DNA from: Macrostomum lignano
Taxonomy: Eukaryota
DNA length: 64,000 nucleotides
NCBI GenBank assembly: GCA_002269645.1
Contig: NIVC01002674.1
Span: 86,395-150,394, forward strand
Direction: 5' to 3'
Position 1 is the first letter of the stretch. Each line of letters starts with the position of its first letter. A program made the position numbers and the translations under genes. The notes below the pieces were generated by a model, which did not search any database, had not been told where the DNA came from, and saw only the letters and a program-made list of their open reading frames with translations. Below, piece by piece: positions 60,301 through 64,000 of the stretch.

Positions 60301-61838
60301 GAGACCCGCACTTTTATAAGTGCCTGAATTCAAAGCCTGAATAACACCCAAATAAACTCAGACGCCCAAGTCTACCAAAGGCAAACTCGCCTTCCCAATC
60401 ACCCACTGAGCCCAGGAAGATCTGCTGACCAGACGCCTATGATCGTAAACTTGAAAATCTTCGTTGTTTTGTTTATTTCTCTCTTTCCAACGAGAAGCTC
60501 ATCTCACCGAAGACTGAGACCTGAAGGAACTTGTGGCAGCGACTAACAACGCTGCTAGAAAGAGACCCGACCGCGAGCCGTAACGAAAGGCAGCCGTATT
60601 AACTGTACTCACGCTAATGTTCTACAAGTACTACAAAGTTAATGACGGGAAGCGTCTGTACGTGAAAGGAGATTGTTAGTTTCACCTGTCAGACAACATA
60701 CTCTCTGCAATAGATAAGAATAAGGTCGACGACAATTTCTTCCACTTTTTTCTTTTACTAATAATCTGACGAGTAGTGAGCTAGAGACTACCCTCTATAA
60801 GCGAGCGAGGAAATGAGACAATGACACCATTCATAAATGAACAATTGAACGTAATAAATTATGGCCGGCATTCTTACCGGCAGAGGCTGTAACGAGTGTA
60901 GCGGGCTGCTCGTACACAACCATCGTGCGAATACCACCGCAAATCTGCTTTAGGTTTCCCGGACACCTGTAATTACATCTGTTTAAAGATGTTTTATGAG
61001 TAATTTTTGAATTACCGCAGAAGCATTCTGTTCTAGCGACTCCAAAGTGGCGGAAGGTATAACGACTTCGGCAGCTCTTTTGGCAGCTCTCAATTGTCAT
61101 TGACTCGCTGGTTCATATGCGGTATTTTAGATTCTCAACTACCTTACTGAGGTGAACGTAGCAACCTTGCAGTTTAACTGAAATTGTAATGCGAATAAGA
61201 AAGCGCACTGCTCATGCTCAAACTCATGGACAAGTAAAGTAGAAGGGAGCTACAGTCGCTAATCGCATTGTTAGTTGTAGTCGGGGTCGGTGCACCCAAG
61301 GGTGAAGCAGTGCACAATATTTGTATGATTTGTTTCTTAAGGTTAATGGCATAGGTGATGCGCAGAGTCTACTCAGACTCAGATACTCAGATAAACTCAG
61401 ACGATCGAGAGCTCACTCAGCTGAGTCAGTCAACTACGATACTTCTCAGCGCTCCGTGCAACCAAGCCCGTCGCTCGCTTGCCTGTCGGACTCGTGGAAT
61501 CCAAGAGCATGTTGAGTGAGCTGCGTTATTTTTTTAGAGGCTGGAGATTCGTACTGTATTGTGTCTGCCTGGGGACGGGTCGATCCCAACGAAGACGCGA
61601 TCTTCCGCTCAGAGTTGGAAGTGGGTCCGGCCAGAGGACCGAAGGTACCTTGAGCTCTTGCTCTGACGCTCATTGGGTCAATTTGGGAGTGAGAGTGAGA
61701 TCCGTTTCTGCCATTGTCCCAACACCAGTGTAGATTTACCGAACATTAAAAAGCTTGAGTAAAGCGTTTGCACTTAAATACCACAAATAAATTATAAATA
61801 CAAGCGTGGATTGATGATGAACTTACAGTTCGGATGCT
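52758..61838 (-). CDS. Tandem WSC-domain gene, 3' part: four modules of 12-nt microexon + WSC exon; 5' end beyond right edge; two modules disrupted
   Basis: Four paralogous exons carry the WSC Cys pattern (GCY...MTIESC..C...YFGV....CYCG....C...CPG....CGG...VY). Each is preceded ~650 bp (1360 bp in B) upstream by a near-identical AG-12nt-GTAAGT microexon. Confidence 0.75.
53676..53687 (-). CDS. 12-nt microexon of WSC module A (AGCACCCGAACT; E-H-P-N-F across junctions)
   Basis: Flanked by tctcttgttgcag and gtaagt; repeated in all four modules. Confidence 0.65.
54281..54365. repeat. (CT)n microsatellite
   Basis: About 42 perfect units next to the SINE. Confidence 0.98.
54387..54700 (+). mobile_element. 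tRNA-derived SINE with a CORE-like central domain
   Basis: A box TAGCTTAGTAG, B box GGTTCGATTCT, then TGTGTCCTTGAGCAAGACACTTAAC...CTTCAGTT...CTGTAAAATG, resembling the MIR/CORE domain; AT-rich tail. Confidence 0.7.
54916..55200 (-). CDS. WSC module B exon ([11 protein letters not shown]...YEQPASA), intact, symmetric phase 1-1
   Basis: 285 nt, TGCAG acceptor, GTGAGT donor. Confidence 0.85.
55410..56270. mobile_element. Solo LTR (861 bp) in the intron of WSC module B
   Basis: TGTAGAG...CTCTTCA termini, GGCT TSD (55406-55409, 56271-56274); paralogous modules A, C and D show the empty site. Confidence 0.85.
56560..56571 (-). CDS. 12-nt microexon of WSC module B
   Basis: tgttgcag-AGCACCCGAACT-gtaagt. 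Confidence 0.65.
57873..58162 (-). CDS. WSC module C exon ([10 protein letters not shown]...[12 protein letters not shown]); donor shifted to phase 0
   Basis: 290 nt; GCC T-T GCT G|GT versus GCC TCT GCT G|GT in B indicates a 1-nt deletion. Confidence 0.7.
58812..58823 (-). CDS. 12-nt microexon of WSC module C
   Basis: tgttgcag-AGCACCCGAACT-gtaagt. Confidence 0.6.
60878..61177 (-). pseudogene. WSC module D exon with in-frame TGA at 61113-61115
   Basis: 300 nt, phase 1-1, good splice sites; ATA TGA ACC AGC GAG where paralogs have TCA TCC. Confidence 0.7.
61827..61838 (-). CDS. 12-nt microexon of WSC module D
   Basis: tgttgcag-AGCATCCGAACT-gtaagt; the single change CAC>CAT is synonymous in phase 1. 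Confidence 0.6.
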
Positions 61839-63115
61839 CTGCAACAAGAGAAAACAGTTTACTCGTGTGAAAATTAAAAATCAATAAATGCTACGTCAGA
61901 GTTTCGCATGCATGCCGATAGCAGGCTGGCTACTGAGCTCAGTAAGGTGCTCAAGCTCAAGACTTAGTGAAATTGCGCTTTATGTCGGCGAGGTCGTTAG
62001 AGTTCTTTGGGTATTTTTATATTAATAGAGCTTCTAAGTAGGTTGCTATGTAAACAGGTGCCGGTGGGTTATCTCCCATCAAGATGTGACTTTCCGTCTC
62101 GGATAGCGATCCTGTTGCAATGCACTGCAATCATTTTGACTAAAATCTTATGGCATATGGCAAAATGCCAACAACAAACGATCGAGCGTCACGAAGCGTT
62201 TTTGTTGACTTCTGCGTTCATTTTAGTGGATACGAGATGAGGTTGATTCTTTATTGATACATGCATACTGTATTCAGGAAATACACCTTTGATCTGACCG
62301 CCGTATTTGTTTTGTTTTTTCCTGATGTCCTTCCTGCTGATCATTTTGTTTTATTGGATTACATACGCTCGTACTATAGCAATCTTTGCATCTCGTTGGG
62401 AGACAACAAAGCAAGGGATTATAACGAATTCTTTGAATAAAGAATACATGTAAAACGCCTTGTGCAGTGGCTGAGGGCGTGGTGTAGACCCACCCCCAGT
62501 CCTGCGTGGCTGAGCTCCACCCAAGGACCACAGTAGTGCAACAGGATGTAAAAATCAAAGCTCGTGTTTTTTGTGCAAAATTCATTAAAAATAGGAATAA
62601 ATCACTTTTAATCACAAAAATATTGATTACATTTGATCTAGGGCAGCGAAGATTACCATTTTTTTACTTAGCATGCGTGCCTAGCTATTGTATAGTTGTC
62701 CTAGCTTTTGTTTTTTATACATGTATACCGGTAGTTGTCGTGAAAGTTTTATTTTTATACTGTTTTCTTATTTTTATATGCCCAAAGTTGTAACTACTCA
62801 CAAATGGCATTAGTTGAACTCTTTATTTTTTACTTGCATCAAGTATATTTGCAATGGAAACTTAAACCGCGGGACTCCGTGACATCTGCCAGCTCTTCAT
62901 TTTCGTGGAGCTTCTTCGTTCTTGTCTCCTGCTATGGAGGGCGGACCCCCTGCAGCCTTTTGCAGGGCAGGTGGCTAGTGCTGGTGCCACACGGGTTCTC
63001 AATGACCGCTCCTTTGGGGAAGGGCTCTGGCGTTGGCTGTCAACCCGACCTGGCGCCTTTACACTAGCCCCCGCCCGCTGATCTTGCAGAGCGTGGGCTG
63101 GGCCTGCCGGAACCT

Positions 63116-64000
63116 TGTAGAGAGCCGGAACTATACCGTGATGCCCTACTTAAAGTAATATTCTAAGAAAGTCAATTTATTCTAGAATGAGTCATATCTA
63201 TTTTTAGGAATCATGCGCCAACAGAGTGACTCAGAACCCCACGTGAGACCAACATTGTTTGATCAAGGAACCGATTCCAACAGCTGTATTTGCTTAACCC
63301 CATATATGGTAATGCTCGAGCATACGTGACAGCTTAATCAAACATGAATGACCTAAGTAAATATCCGATCCCAAACCGGTTTTTCTCCAAAATTTTGCTA
63401 TAAATAGCTCGTATAAGTGAAAATCCGAGTAAAAAATTCAGACTCAGAGCTGTCTCTAAGAAGACTCCGAAGGAACAAAGAAGAAGACCAATCTCTGAGG
63501 GACCACACTTGTCCAATTTGTAAGCGTTTACGTTCTTGTTCTTCTTGTCGAGTTGTCTTTGTTTTGATTCAGTTCTTTGATTGTTAGCGTTAATAAGTTG
63601 ATTAATTGAGTTTATGAGAGCCGTTTATTGTCGACACATTTGAGAAAGGCCTCCTTGTTTCCTGGGATATATTCCTAGAGGATTATTGATTTGATTTGAG
63701 TTATCCGTTACGTTTCGGACGTAACGAAGAAGACGCCTTCAGGAGGACCTATCACAGAAACTTAGAGAATTCGATTGTTCATTAGGGCGCGTTCTACTGT
63801 TAATTCCGAGCTCGAGGACCGTCAAGAAATTCTGATCGCTCTCGTCTTTGGTCGACCTACAGATAAAAGTCAAGGACTCCCGAGGTAACAAGTCACCTAA
63901 GCCAAAGCCAAGACGTCTACAAGCCACTAAAGGATCCGCTGCAGTAAGAGCTATTTGACTTTACCTATACCTAGCACTTGTTCGCCAGTGTCTAGAAGTG
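63116..64000. mobile_element. Second copy of the same LTR family, truncated by the window edge
   Basis: Begins TGTAGAG and aligns with 55410-56234; different flanking sequence (ACCT). Confidence 0.8.

Noticed and set aside
59100-60320. Short ORFs and LTR-like signals between WSC modules C and D
   Set aside because: Probably an insertion, but no termini, TSD or protein motif could be established.
61113-61115. TGA as selenocysteine
   Set aside because: The aligned residue is Ser in all paralogs, not Cys, and no SECIS was recognised.

Overview
Eukaryotic (metazoan) genomic DNA that is very rich in repeats. The TTAGGG motif, GC- and Ala-rich exons and introns filled with simple repeats are consistent with a free-living flatworm such as Macrostomum; this is an inference and was not verified. 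Three intron-containing genes lie on the minus strand. (1) ATP-citrate lyase (ACLY): 10 coding exons from the ATG at 21915 down to 703, with the C-terminal exons off the left edge and one apparent 1-nt frameshift in a G run of exon 6. (2) An ANKLE2/LEM4-like gene: 3 exons, about 840 aa, 36621-32284. (3) The 3' part of a tandem WSC-domain gene, built from four duplicated modules of a 12-nt microexon plus a WSC exon (61838-52758). One module carries a nonsense codon and one has a phase-shifted donor. The rest is a mosaic of about 20 unrelated micro/minisatellites, MITEs, SINEs, a decayed Gypsy element, two copies of an ~861-bp LTR, and a non-autonomous LTR element holding a nested inverted-repeat element and a MITE. 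The WSC microexon/module array is the most unusual system in the window.
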